Below the pieces are notes generated by a model. It saw only the letters and a list, made by a program, of their open reading frames with translations, was not told the DNA's origin and made no database searches. Of a DNA stretch of 64,000 nucleotides, positions 49,650-59,033 are shown in pieces. The stretch spans positions 862 through 64,861 of the forward strand of contig JBCCDT010000004.1 in assembly GCA_039030635.1 (NCBI GenBank), given 5' to 3'. Each line of letters begins with the position of its first letter. Position 1 is the first letter of the stretch. This DNA is from Pseudomonadota bacterium. Its GTDB lineage: Bacteria; Pseudomonadota; Alphaproteobacteria; Rhodobacterales; Rhodobacteraceae. The position numbers were made by a program, and so were the translations under genes.

Positions 49650-51730
49650 CCGGGTTCAACATAAAGGATATTTTCCAACCGACCGTCCTGCTGGCGCTGG
49701 CGCTTATGGCAGTGATTGTGATGATGATCCTGCCGATGCCGGCCTGGGTTTTGGATGTGGGCCTCGCCGCGTCCTTTGCGCTGGCCATTCTCATTTTCAC
49801 CGTGACGCTGTTCATTGAGCGCCCGCTCGATTTTTCGGCCTTTCCGACGATCCTGCTGGCCTCCTTGATGTTGCGTCTGTCGCTGAATGTGTCCTCCACC
49901 AAACTGATCATCGGGCAAGGTCACACCGGGACAGATGCCGCCGGGGATGTCATCGAAGGCTTTGCAAATTTTGTCATGGGCGGCAGTGTTTTCCTGGGCC
50001 TCGTCGTGTTTGGCGTCCTGTTGATCGTGAATTTCATGGTGATCACAAAGGGGGCGGCCCGCATGGCCGAGGTCGGTGCCCGCTTTGCCTTGGATGGGAT
50101 GCCCGGCAAACAGTTGGCCATCGACAGCGATATGTCCGCCGGTGCCATTGACCACGCAGAGGCCAAGGAACGCCGCGAGCGCGAACAGCAGGAAACCACC
50201 TTCTTTGGCTCTCTTGATGGTGCCTCCAAATTCGTGAAGGGGGACGCGATTGCGGGTCTGTTGATCACGCTCCTGAACTTCGTCATGGGCCTCATCATGG
50301 GCACGGTTGTCCATGACATGCCATTGGGTCAAGCCTTTGAAACATATTCCATTCTCACGGTCGGGGATGGCTTGGTCACGCAAATCCCGGCGGTTGTGAT
50401 CTCGATTGCGTCCGCGCTTCTTTTGGCCCGCGGCGGCACCCAGGGCTCGACCGATTCCGCGCTGGTCAAACAGCTCGGTCGTCATCCGGCCGCCATGGGC
50501 ACGGTCGCGCTTTTGATGGTGTTGTTTGCTCTGGTGCCGGGCCTGCCCTTTGCCCCATTCATCGCAGGCGGGCTGGGGCTTGGCGGCACGGCATTCTGGC
50601 TTTATCGTCAACAGCTTGCATCGGACCAGGCGGACCCGGAGGAGGCCGCCCCCGACCTTCCATCAGAGCCCTCCATGGGTGACATTCTGGAATTGGACGA
50701 CATCCATGTCGAGTTTTCGCCCGATCTGGTCGACATGGTCTTGGATTCCGGCACCGGGCTCGACGCGCGGATCGCCAATATGCGCCGTCACGTGGCCACG
50801 CATTTCGGCCTTATCCTGCCTGAAATTCGGCTCACCGATGACCCGTCGCTGCCCACGGGAACCTATGTGATCCGCATTCAGGGCGTCGATCAGGCGCGGG
50901 CTATTCTCAGGCCCGATCACATTCTCGCGCTCGACCCCGATCGCAGCCCCGGCTTGCCCCAGGGGGAGGCCGTGGCCGAACCTGTCTACGGTGCGCCCGC
51001 CCGTTGGATCCCTGCCAGCACCAAGGATGCCGCCGCATTGACCGGTACCACTTTGGTCGGCCCGGCGGAGGTTCTGGCCACCCATTTGCTGGAAATCATA
51101 AAGCGCAATCTCAGCCGCTTGCTGAGCATGAAGGCGATGCGCCGGCTGCTTGATGAAATGGTCAATATCTCCGATCCCGTCCGGGCTGAGGCCAACAGAA
51201 AACTGATCGAAGAGTTGATCCCCGACAAGGTGCCGCCGGACCTGTTGCACTCCGTGCTCAGGCTGCTTTTGTCCGAACAGGTCTCCGTGCGCAATCTGCC
51301 CTTGATCCTTGAGGCGATCGCCGAGGGTCGGCCCAACCATACGCAGCCGGATGCCCTCTGTGAATTTGTCCGCCAGCGGCTTGGGTTTCAGATTGTGGCA
51401 GGATTGCAAAGGCAGGATGGCACCTTGCCCTTGATCCAATTGGCCCCGGAATGGGAAGACACGTTTTCGACCTATCAGATGGAGGCCGATCGCGGTGGCC
51501 TGGATGTGGCTTTGCCGCCGGATGTGTTCAACGCTCTGGCGTTGGCCGTCGGCGAGGAGGTCGCACGCGCCAGCGAAAACGGCACCTTCCCGGCGATCGT
51601 CACCTCAACCCTGCGGCGACGGTTCTTGCGCACGGTTCTGGCGGCGAAAAGCATCACCAACCCGGTTCTATCCTTCGAAGAGATTGGGCTTGAGGCGCGC
51701 CCTGCCTTGATGGGCGTGGTCCCCGCATGA
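49646..51730 (+). CDS. flhA: Flagellar export protein FlhA
   Basis: AEVGARFALDGMPGKQLAIDSD, GSLDGASKFVKGD, GDGLVTQIP. Confidence 0.97.
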   Translation: MTGFNIKDIFQPTVLLALALMAVIVMMILPMPAWVLDVGLAASFALAILIFTVTLFIERPLDFSAFPTILLASLMLRLSLNVSSTKLIIGQGHTGTDAAGDVIEGFANFVMGGSVFLGLVVFGVLLIVNFMVITKGAARMAEVGARFALDGMPGKQLAIDSDMSAGAIDHAEAKERREREQQETTFFGSLDGASKFVKGDAIAGLLITLLNFVMGLIMGTVVHDMPLGQAFETYSILTVGDGLVTQIPAVVISIASALLLARGGTQGSTDSALVKQLGRHPAAMGTVALLMVLFALVPGLPFAPFIAGGLGLGGTAFWLYRQQLASDQADPEEAAPDLPSEPSMGDILELDDIHVEFSPDLVDMVLDSGTGLDARIANMRRHVATHFGLILPEIRLTDDPSLPTGTYVIRIQGVDQARAILRPDHILALDPDRSPGLPQGEAVAEPVYGAPARWIPASTKDAAALTGTTLVGPAEVLATHLLEIIKRNLSRLLSMKAMRRLLDEMVNISDPVRAEANRKLIEELIPDKVPPDLLHSVLRLLLSEQVSVRNLPLILEAIAEGRPNHTQPDALCEFVRQRLGFQIVAGLQRQDGTLPLIQLAPEWEDTFSTYQMEADRGGLDVALPPDVFNALALAVGEEVARASENGTFPAIVTSTLRRRFLRTVLAAKSITNPVLSFEEIGLEARPALMGVVPA

Positions 51731-52500
51731 GCAACCTCGCGGGCCTTCTGGACCTGACCGAAGAGGTTCTGTGGCTGCATTTCATCGTGTTTCTGCGCGT
51801 GGCGGCGGCGATCTCTCTCTTCCCCGGGTTTGGGGAACAATCCGTCCCGGTGCGGATCAAGCTTGGCCTTGCCATCATGATGACCGTGATCATTGCGCCG
51901 GCGGTCTCTCCGGCGCTTTTGCCCTTTCGCGATGCGCCGCCGCCGCTGGGTCTGATTGTCCTGACGGAGGCGGTCGTGGGCCTGTTGATCGGCTTGGGCA
52001 TTCGGCTTTTCGTGATGGCCTTGCAGACGGCAGGGACAATCGCGGCGCAATCCACGTCACTCTCGCAGATCCTTGGCACCCAAGGGATTGAGCCGATCCC
52101 GGCCATGGGCCACATTCTGGTTTTGGGGGGGATCACCCTGGCCATGATCCTTGGTCTCCACGTCCGCTTGGCGGAGCTGGTGATCCTCACCTATACCCTG
52201 TTTCCGGCGGCGCAATTTCCCGATGCCTCTTCCGTCTCGCTTTGGGGGATGCGCCAAGTGGCCAATGCGTTCGCGCTGGCCTTCAGCCTGGCCGCGCCTT
52301 TCGTGATCATTTCCGTGCTTTATAACCTGACGCTTGGCATCATAAACCGCGCCATGCCGCAGATGATGGTCGTCTTCGTCGGCGCCCCCGTGATCACCGG
52401 GGCGGGGATCTTGATCCTGCTTGTCATGGCCCCGGCCATGCTGTCGCTTTGGGCGGATGCTTTGGGGATTTTCATGGCCAACCCGTTTGGGGGTCAGTGA
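51727..52500 (+). CDS. fliR: Flagellar export protein FliR
   Basis: Multi-TM, LGIINRAMPQMMVVFVG; lies between flhA and flhB. Confidence 0.9.
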   Translation: MSNLAGLLDLTEEVLWLHFIVFLRVAAAISLFPGFGEQSVPVRIKLGLAIMMTVIIAPAVSPALLPFRDAPPPLGLIVLTEAVVGLLIGLGIRLFVMALQTAGTIAAQSTSLSQILGTQGIEPIPAMGHILVLGGITLAMILGLHVRLAELVILTYTLFPAAQFPDASSVSLWGMRQVANAFALAFSLAAPFVIISVLYNLTLGIINRAMPQMMVVFVGAPVITGAGILILLVMAPAMLSLWADALGIFMANPFGGQ

Positions 52501-53588
52501 TGGCGCGCCAGGATGATGATGCGGACAAGTCATTTGAGCCGACCCAGCACAAGCTTGATGAGGCGCGCAAAAAAGGTGATGTCGCGCGGTCCGCAGACAT
52601 CGACACGGCCGCGACCTATGGCGGGATTTTGCTTGTGGCGCTGGCCGCCGGTGCATGGACGACCGAGCAGGCCGGGTCCGCAATGCGCCATCTCCTCGAT
52701 CAACCAAACGCACTTGCGGATGTGGTCTTTGGGGGCGGCGGTGGCACGGTGGCGTTGTCCGGGATCCTGATTTCGCTGTCTTTGGCCTTGGTCGCGTGGT
52801 TTCTCATACCGGCCGCTCTGGTGATTTTGTCCAACCTGGCCCAACGCAGTCTGGTGTTCGCGCCTGAGAAATTGCGCCCAAAACTGTCGCGCATCGATCC
52901 CATTCAAAATGCCAAAAACAAATACGGTGTGACCGGGCTCTTCGAGTTTGCCAAGAACCTGGTCAAGCTATTGGCCTATTCGACCGTTCTGGGGGCTTTT
53001 TTGTCGGCGCGGCTGTCGGAAATGGCCGGTGCCCTGCATGCAGAGGCGCGCATGGTGGGCGCGCTGATGGTCGAATTGATCGTGGAGTTTATGGCCGTGG
53101 TCCTTGCGGTCGCGCTGGTCATCGGGGCCATAGATTTTATGTGGCACCGGTTTGATCACCGCCGCAAGCTGCGCATGTCCTATCAAGACATCCGCGATGA
53201 ACACAAACAGCACGAAGGCGATCCGCATCTCAAGCAAGAACGCCGTCAAAGGGGCACGCGCATCGCGATGGACCAGATGATGGCGGAGGTGCCAAACGCC
53301 GATGTCGTGATCGTCAACCCCACCCATTTTGCCGTCGCCTTGAAATGGAGCCGGTTGCCAGGCTCTGCGCCGGAATGTGTCGCCAAGGGCCAGGATCACG
53401 TGGCGCTGGCCATCCGCGATCGCGCCTTTGAGGCGGGCGTGCCGGTACGACAGGACGCGCCAACAGCGCGGGCGCTCTTTGCCACGGTGGAGATCGGGCA
53501 AGAGGTGAGCCCGGATCACTACCGAGCGGTGGCCGCGGCCATTCGCTTTGCCGAGACGATGCGCCGGCGCGCTCGGGTCTTCTCATGA
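52500..53588 (+). CDS. flhB: Flagellar export protein FlhB
   Basis: FEPTQHKL, EGDP, VNPTHFAVAL autocleavage motif. Confidence 0.96.
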   Translation: MARQDDDADKSFEPTQHKLDEARKKGDVARSADIDTAATYGGILLVALAAGAWTTEQAGSAMRHLLDQPNALADVVFGGGGGTVALSGILISLSLALVAWFLIPAALVILSNLAQRSLVFAPEKLRPKLSRIDPIQNAKNKYGVTGLFEFAKNLVKLLAYSTVLGAFLSARLSEMAGALHAEARMVGALMVELIVEFMAVVLAVALVIGAIDFMWHRFDHRRKLRMSYQDIRDEHKQHEGDPHLKQERRQRGTRIAMDQMMAEVPNADVVIVNPTHFAVALKWSRLPGSAPECVAKGQDHVALAIRDRAFEAGVPVRQDAPTARALFATVEIGQEVSPDHYRAVAAAIRFAETMRRRARVFS

Positions 53589-54013
53589 CCCCCGCCGCGT
53601 TGGAGGATCTGGCCCGGCTCAGCCGCGCCCGCCAGGATGCAGATGCCGCCAAGTTGCAGACCATTCGCGCGGAGGAAGTGAAAATCCGTGCGCAGCTGGC
53701 CGCCCTGGATGCGCGCCATCGCGCCGCCATGACCCTATCAATTCAGGAAAAGCTGTCTCAGCAAAGATTGGGTGCAGATATGTTGTGGCAGGTTTGGGTG
53801 GGGCGCCGCCGTCGGGAATTGCAGATGCATTTGGCGCGTTGCCTTGCCCGAAAAGGGGGCGCGCGCCGGGCGCTGCAGAAAAGCTTTGGCAAACGCGTCG
53901 CCCTGCAAGAGGTGCAAGCGGAGGTCGAAGGCAAGGCCGAACGCCTTGAAAAACTGAAGGCGATGGAAACGATGACCGAACTTGGGGTTCTTCAAAACCA
54001 TCAACGCCCGTGA
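53585..54013 (+). CDS. Small helical flagellar protein (FliJ-like)
   Basis: Coiled-coil composition, ~140 aa, overlaps the flhB stop. Confidence 0.5.
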   Translation: MTPAALEDLARLSRARQDADAAKLQTIRAEEVKIRAQLAALDARHRAAMTLSIQEKLSQQRLGADMLWQVWVGRRRRELQMHLARCLARKGGARRALQKSFGKRVALQEVQAEVEGKAERLEKLKAMETMTELGVLQNHQRP

Positions 54014-54303
54014 CAGGATGCGTTTCACAGCCCGGGTTACATCGGACGCAGTCCAAAAGCCGCAGCTTCAAAGGCAAGGTTGGGTTGGTCAGCTTAACAC
54101 GGGCCCGCGCTTTACCAGTTGGGCTCAGACACCCGTCCGCGATGCGCCAGTTCGGTTGGGCACCGGCCAGCGATGCGCCTGTTCTGCGAGACGCGGGTTT
54201 GCCATGCGCCTTGTGACGGATCTATCCAGAGGAACCGCCAGGCAGTTTTCTGGGCATCAAACCGACCTGTCGGGACATTTTGCCGATGCGCGGTGTACCC
54301 AGA

Positions 54304-54837
54304 TCAGAGGTCTTGGCGTGCAAGATCCACGATGAGAACACCAAAAACGGTTCCCGGCACAACCTTTCGCGCTGTGTCGGTCAGGCCCGTGCGCAAAACC
54401 TCCAGGTTTGCGGCGTTTGTGAAAGCGCCATCAAAACCACCGACATTGGCGTGATCGAACATCACCTGAAGCAGCGCATCGCGCAGTTTCGGTTCCCGCT
54501 GAAAGACGATCTCGCGCATCCCGGTCTCAACCTCCAGGCTGAGAGACATAACCACCAAAGAACTCACGGAGCCGTCCGATACAACAGGCACGACGAACTG
54601 GTTGTTCAGCTTCACAAACTCTGACGCGCTGGTGCCCTCCGCGTCCATCTCATCGATCTTTTCCGCTGGTGCGGCGCGCGAGGCCGCGTCGGCCTGCCCC
54701 TCATCGTCTTGGTCCTGCGAAGGCATTTCGACCTTGGCATCCTCTACTTCGACTTTTGGTTTTAGAAACCAACCCGCACCCGCCCCGCCGGCCAATCCGA
54801 CAAAGGCAAGGATCAAGGGCAGCAAAATCGCGCGCAT
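54304..54837 (-). CDS. fliL: Second FliL-like protein
   Basis: TM with GGAGAG; FVKLNNQFVVP; EPKLRDALL. Confidence 0.75.
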   Translation of the reverse strand: MRAILLPLILAFVGLAGGAGAGWFLKPKVEVEDAKVEMPSQDQDDEGQADAASRAAPAEKIDEMDAEGTSASEFVKLNNQFVVPVVSDGSVSSLVVMSLSLEVETGMREIVFQREPKLRDALLQVMFDHANVGGFDGAFTNAANLEVLRTGLTDTARKVVPGTVFGVLIVDLARQDL

Positions 54838-54846
54838 CGCGTCACC

Positions 54847-55578
54847 TCAGAATGGAAGCAGGATATCAAGAACTTGTTGGCCGTAGCGTGGCTGTTGCAC
54901 GTCTGTGATCTGTCCTCGGCCGCCATAGGAAATCCGCGCAGACGCAATCTTGTCGTAGGTGATCTCATTTTGGCGAGAAATGTCTTCAGGACGCACAAAC
55001 CCGCTGACCAGCAGCTCGCGCAATTCGAAATTCACCCGAACCTCCTGCACACCTTGAATTTCCAGCACGCCATTGGGCAAGACCTGTGTGATCGTGGCGG
55101 CCACGCGCAAGGTCAATTCCTCTTGCCTGCGCACGCTGCCATCGCCTGACGAGGCCGCGTTCGACGTGATATCAACCGCTGTGTCCAAACTGGCCCCATC
55201 CGGCAACGCTTCATTGATGCGCTGCGGGATGCCGAACAGCTGCGGCACCTGCAGACCTTCGGATCCGTTGCGGGATCTTTGCGTCTGGTTGGAAATCTGC
55301 GCCTCTTCATCGATCTCGATCACCACCGTCAGGATATCGCCCTTTTGCATGGCCCGCCGATCGCCCAGAAGCGAACTTCGCCCAGAACTCCAGAGCGAGG
55401 CGCGATCCACCTGACGCGATGGGTCTGCAACCGGGGGCAGGCCGCCATAGATCATTGCGGCATGTTCATTGCCCTCTACAGCGTCGGTAAATGTCGGTGC
55501 GCGCCCAATATGTTCGATGCGCGAGCAGGCTGACACAGCCAAACCCATCGCCACCACCGCAACAAATCCTCTGATCAT
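54847..55578 (-). CDS. flgH: Flagellar L-ring lipoprotein
   Basis: Lipobox VSAC; GDILTV, VLPNGVL, ARISYGG. Confidence 0.96.
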   Translation of the reverse strand: MIRGFVAVVAMGLAVSACSRIEHIGRAPTFTDAVEGNEHAAMIYGGLPPVADPSRQVDRASLWSSGRSSLLGDRRAMQKGDILTVVIEIDEEAQISNQTQRSRNGSEGLQVPQLFGIPQRINEALPDGASLDTAVDITSNAASSGDGSVRRQEELTLRVAATITQVLPNGVLEIQGVQEVRVNFELRELLVSGFVRPEDISRQNEITYDKIASARISYGGRGQITDVQQPRYGQQVLDILLPF

Positions 55579-55590
55579 GGCAATCCCTTT

Positions 55591-56022
55591 TTAATTTGCG
55601 ACAAAGACCGTGCCATCCGGCGCGACCCATCCGCTGACCGTCGTGCGCGATGACAGGTTCATCACCCGAACCCGTTCACCCGGGGATGCGCGGCTGAGCG
55701 AACGGCCTTCGGCCGTGATGTGCAGGCCGTTTTTCTGAAACACCAGCGGCACCAATTGGTTTCGTTGAATGACCGCAGGCGGCCCGATATCATTGAGCCG
55801 CACAGGCCGGCCGGCATAAATCGCGATCCGTGCCTCTTGGCCGATCACCTGCCCAGGGTCCTGCGCCGCGCCGATCAAATCGCCCTCTGCCACGGTCAGG
55901 TCGCCCGGTAAGATCACGCTTTGCGCCCGAATGGTGCGGGTCGCAATCACGATATCGGCGCGCAGGATCTCGGGGATCAGGCAGGCCACAATCGACAGTG
56001 CTATGATGCCAAGTTTGATCAT
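55591..56022 (-). CDS. flgA: P-ring assembly chaperone
   Basis: SAF-like region, VIQRNQLV, GERVRVMNLSS. Confidence 0.88.
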   Translation of the reverse strand: MIKLGIIALSIVACLIPEILRADIVIATRTIRAQSVILPGDLTVAEGDLIGAAQDPGQVIGQEARIAIYAGRPVRLNDIGPPAVIQRNQLVPLVFQKNGLHITAEGRSLSRASPGERVRVMNLSSRTTVSGWVAPDGTVFVAN

Positions 56023-56804
56023 CGGATCTGCGTGGTCGCGCTCATCATCTGATCGACCGCCGTGATGACCTTGGCGTTGAGTTCGTAGCCGCGCTGCGCC
56101 TCGATCAGTTCGGTGATTTCCCGCACTGGGTCGACAGAGCTGTCCTCAAGATACCCCTGCCGCACTGTGCCAAGCCCGTCTTGACCCGGCGTGGAGGCAA
56201 TGGGCGCGCCCGAGGCTTCGGTTTCGAGGAAATTGTTCCCGCCGATCGCCTCCAACCCCTTGGGATTGCTGAACCCGATCAGGTTCAACTGTCCCAAAAG
56301 CTGCGCTTCGGCCTGTTCGGCGAAATAGGCATACACCTCTCCATCCGGGTTGATGGAGATTGAGCGCGCGTCATCCGGGATGGTGATCTCTGGCGCCACG
56401 GGGAAGCCCGCGGCCGTCACGATTAACCCCTCGCCATCACGTTTCAAAGCGCCATCGCGGGTATAAGCCGCCTGGCCCGACGGCAATGTGATCTCAAGAT
56501 AGCCGTTGCCTTCGATCGCCACGTCAAGATCGCCGCCTGTTTCCGACAGCGCACCTTGTTCGAGATTGAGGGTCACGGCGGCGGGCCGCACCCCAAGCCC
56601 CAGCTGCACGCCAGTGGGCAGAACCGTGCCATCCGTGGCATTGATCGCACCGGGCCGGGCCAACTGTTGGTAATGCAGATCGGCAAATTCCGCGCGGCGG
56701 GTGTTGTAGCCCGTCGTGGTCATATTGGCGAGGTTGTTTGAAATGGTCTCAACCCGCATTTGTTGGGCGGCCATGCCGGTGGCGGCGATTTTCAAAGCGC
56801 GCAT
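56019..56804 (-). CDS. flgG: Distal rod protein
   Basis: ISNNLANMTTTGY, YTRDG, LEDSSVD..LIEAQRGYELN. Confidence 0.95.
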   Translation of the reverse strand: MRALKIAATGMAAQQMRVETISNNLANMTTTGYNTRRAEFADLHYQQLARPGAINATDGTVLPTGVQLGLGVRPAAVTLNLEQGALSETGGDLDVAIEGNGYLEITLPSGQAAYTRDGALKRDGEGLIVTAAGFPVAPEITIPDDARSISINPDGEVYAYFAEQAEAQLLGQLNLIGFSNPKGLEAIGGNNFLETEASGAPIASTPGQDGLGTVRQGYLEDSSVDPVREITELIEAQRGYELNAKVITAVDQMMSATTQIR

Positions 56805-56859
56805 GGGAATATCCTTTCAACTGTCATTAAGCGGTGCAAATCTGTGGTCCGTGGCGGCA

Positions 56860-57579
56860 TCACTGATCCCGCATGAAGGTTCGGATCGCGTCGCGAACGC
56901 GTTCATTTTCAGCATCCAGAAAGCTCTGACCCAGCTCATAGGCGCGCTGCACTTCGACCATTCGGGAGACTTGCAGCATGGTGTCGACGTTGGAGCTTTC
57001 CACATGGCCCTGGATCACGCGTGCATCCTCCGCCGGTTCCAGCGGGGTTTCAGGGCGAAACAACACCCCGCCTTCCCGGATCAGATCGCGAGGGTTGAGC
57101 GGCTGCACCACACCCAATTGACCCAAAAGCTGGCCATCCGCACTGATCGTGCCATCACCGCCCACATTGACAGCCGTGGCATCAGGCGGGATGAAAATCG
57201 GCGCGCCGCCGGCATCCAGCACATTGTACCCGTCCAGCGTCACAAGATCGCCCGCCGCCGACAGGCTAAAACTGCCCGCGCGGGTGACCCGCTCCCCATC
57301 GGGGGTCTCGACCAGGAAAAAACCGTCGCCTTCAATCGCGAAATCCAGCTGTCCACCGGTTTGTGTCAGGTTGCCCTGCACATAGGATGTGTTGCGCACA
57401 TTGCCCCGCGCCATGGACAGAGATGGCCCGCCCTCCGTGCCGACGACAAACTCCGAAAAGATCACGCCTTCCTGCCGGTAGCCGGTCGTAGAGGCATTGG
57501 CGATGTTGTTCGCGATGGTCTGCATTTCATGCATCAACCCGGTTTGCCGGGTCAGCGTCGTGTAACCGCTGGGATCCAT
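56860..57579 (-). CDS. flgF: Proximal rod protein FlgF
   Basis: IANNIANASTTGYR, TRAGSF, ESSNVD. Confidence 0.92.
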   Translation of the reverse strand: MDPSGYTTLTRQTGLMHEMQTIANNIANASTTGYRQEGVIFSEFVVGTEGGPSLSMARGNVRNTSYVQGNLTQTGGQLDFAIEGDGFFLVETPDGERVTRAGSFSLSAAGDLVTLDGYNVLDAGGAPIFIPPDATAVNVGGDGTISADGQLLGQLGVVQPLNPRDLIREGGVLFRPETPLEPAEDARVIQGHVESSNVDTMLQVSRMVEVQRAYELGQSFLDAENERVRDAIRTFMRDQ

Positions 57580-57580
57580 C

Positions 57581-57850
57581 TCAGCCTCCGATGATCAAAG
57601 GGACAAGCATGTCGTGGAAGTAGGAAACGAGCGTTTGGGTCATGAACCCCATCGACATCCAGAAAACGAGGACAATCGCGCCCAGTTTCGGGACAAATGT
57701 CAGCGTCAGTTCCTGGATCGATGTCAGCGCCTGAAACAGGCCGACAAACAGCCCCGCCGCCAGCGCCACGCCCAGGATCGGCAAGGAAATGACCAACGCC
57801 ACCCAAAGCCCCTGACGCAACGTGTCGAAAAAAACGATCTCGTCACTCAT
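57581..57850 (-). CDS. fliQ: Flagellar export protein FliQ
   Basis: GLFQALTSIQELTLTFVPK. Confidence 0.95.
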   Translation of the reverse strand: MSDEIVFFDTLRQGLWVALVISLPILGVALAAGLFVGLFQALTSIQELTLTFVPKLGAIVLVFWMSMGFMTQTLVSYFHDMLVPLIIGG

Positions 57851-57854
57851 GGCA

Positions 57855-58142
57855 TCACACCGGCATACGCAGGATTTCCTGATAGGCCTCAACGACCCTG
57901 TCGCGCACGGTCACCGCGGCCTCGACGGCCATTTCCGTCTGTGCCAGCGCCTGAACCAACGCGTGCGGGTCTGCGCCGGTGGTCATCGCGGCTTTGGCTG
58001 TTTCTTCTGTGTTTTGCAGGGTCGCAGCAAAATCACGCGTAATCCCGGCCAAATACTCCCCCGCACTTTGGCTGGAGGAGGGCTCTGTGGCGGTTTTGGC
58101 AGAGGCGTATTTCTTCGCCGCGCCAAGTGCTGAAATATCCAT
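57855..58142 (-). CDS. fliE: Hook-basal body protein FliE
   Basis: VRDRVVEAYQEILRMPV. Confidence 0.93.
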   Translation of the reverse strand: MDISALGAAKKYASAKTATEPSSSQSAGEYLAGITRDFAATLQNTEETAKAAMTTGADPHALVQALAQTEMAVEAAVTVRDRVVEAYQEILRMPV

Positions 58143-58156
58143 TTCTTGGATCTCCT

Positions 58157-58549
58157 TTAGCGTCTGAGTAGGTCAAACAGGCTTCTGCCCATTTGCCGGG
58201 TTTGCTCGAACATTCTGAGGTTCGCCTCATAACTGCGCTGCGCTTCGCGCGCGTCTGCCAGCTCAATCATCAAATTGACATTGGAGCCTTCGTAATTGCC
58301 GCTTTCATCGGCCATGGGATGGGTCGGGTCATAGATGCGGGCCAGCTCGGATTTGTCCATACGGACCCGTCCGGTTTCCACCAATCCGGGTGTGTCTGAC
58401 CCCATCATCGTGGTGTGGAACGCGATGGTCTTGCGCCGGTAGCCGGGCGTGTCGACATTCGCGATGTTCTCCGACAGATGCCGCAACCGTTGAGATTGCG
58501 CCTGTAGCCCGCTGGACGACACCGAAAGTGCATTGGAAAATTCTGACAT
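58157..58549 (-). CDS. flgC: Rod protein FlgC
   Basis: ENIANVDTPGY, YDPTHPMAD, EAQRSYEANL. Confidence 0.95.
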   Translation of the reverse strand: MSEFSNALSVSSSGLQAQSQRLRHLSENIANVDTPGYRRKTIAFHTTMMGSDTPGLVETGRVRMDKSELARIYDPTHPMADESGNYEGSNVNLMIELADAREAQRSYEANLRMFEQTRQMGRSLFDLLRR

Positions 58550-58558
58550 ATCGCCCCC

Positions 58559-58948
58559 TTAACGCCTGCTAAAGCTGCTGCGCAGAATGGTCATGGAGGA
58601 CTGATAGATGGCCATGGCGCGATCATGCTGCCGTTTGGCATTCACCCCGTGCATCATCTCTGATTCCAAAGACACGGTGTTGCCATTGGGATCGGCGATC
58701 GCATCGGGGCGATCAAACGCCGCTGGTGCCGCGGGGGAGTGTGACATGTTCAGATGCGTGGACCGGGTCGCGCGCATCTGAAAATCACGCGCTGCATTGC
58801 CCATAAGGCTTTGAAAATCCGCGATATCCTGAGCCTTGTAGCCAGGGGTATCGGCATTAGCCATGTTTTGCGCCACGACCGCGTGACGCGATCCGGCATG
58901 ACGGGCCATGGCATGGGCCATCTGAAAGATTTCTAACTTTTCGAACAC
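58559..58948 (-). CDS. flgB: Rod protein FlgB
   Basis: QNMANADTPGYKAQD, PNGNTVSLE; GTG 58948 after GGAG. Confidence 0.92.
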   Translation of the reverse strand: MFEKLEIFQMAHAMARHAGSRHAVVAQNMANADTPGYKAQDIADFQSLMGNAARDFQMRATRSTHLNMSHSPAAPAAFDRPDAIADPNGNTVSLESEMMHGVNAKRQHDRAMAIYQSSMTILRSSFSRR

Positions 58949-58971
58949 CGGGGCTTCTCCCTCGATTGGCT

Positions 58972-58986
58972 TCAACCAAGGCTTAA
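58972..58986. promoter_or_regulatory. CtrA-like box (TCAA-N7-TTAA) between divergent flgB and fliI
   Basis: TCAACCAAGGCTTAA followed by C. Confidence 0.55.
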
Positions 58987-59033
58987 CCGTGATTCCTTTA
59001 GAAATTGTTTTCAGAACATGAGAGGAACGTTCG

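Noticed and set aside
54107-54300. CRISPR array
   Set aside because: Repeats are only 15 bp, degenerate and few; spacers are 16 nt; no cas genes. Kept only as an unexplained periodic repeat.
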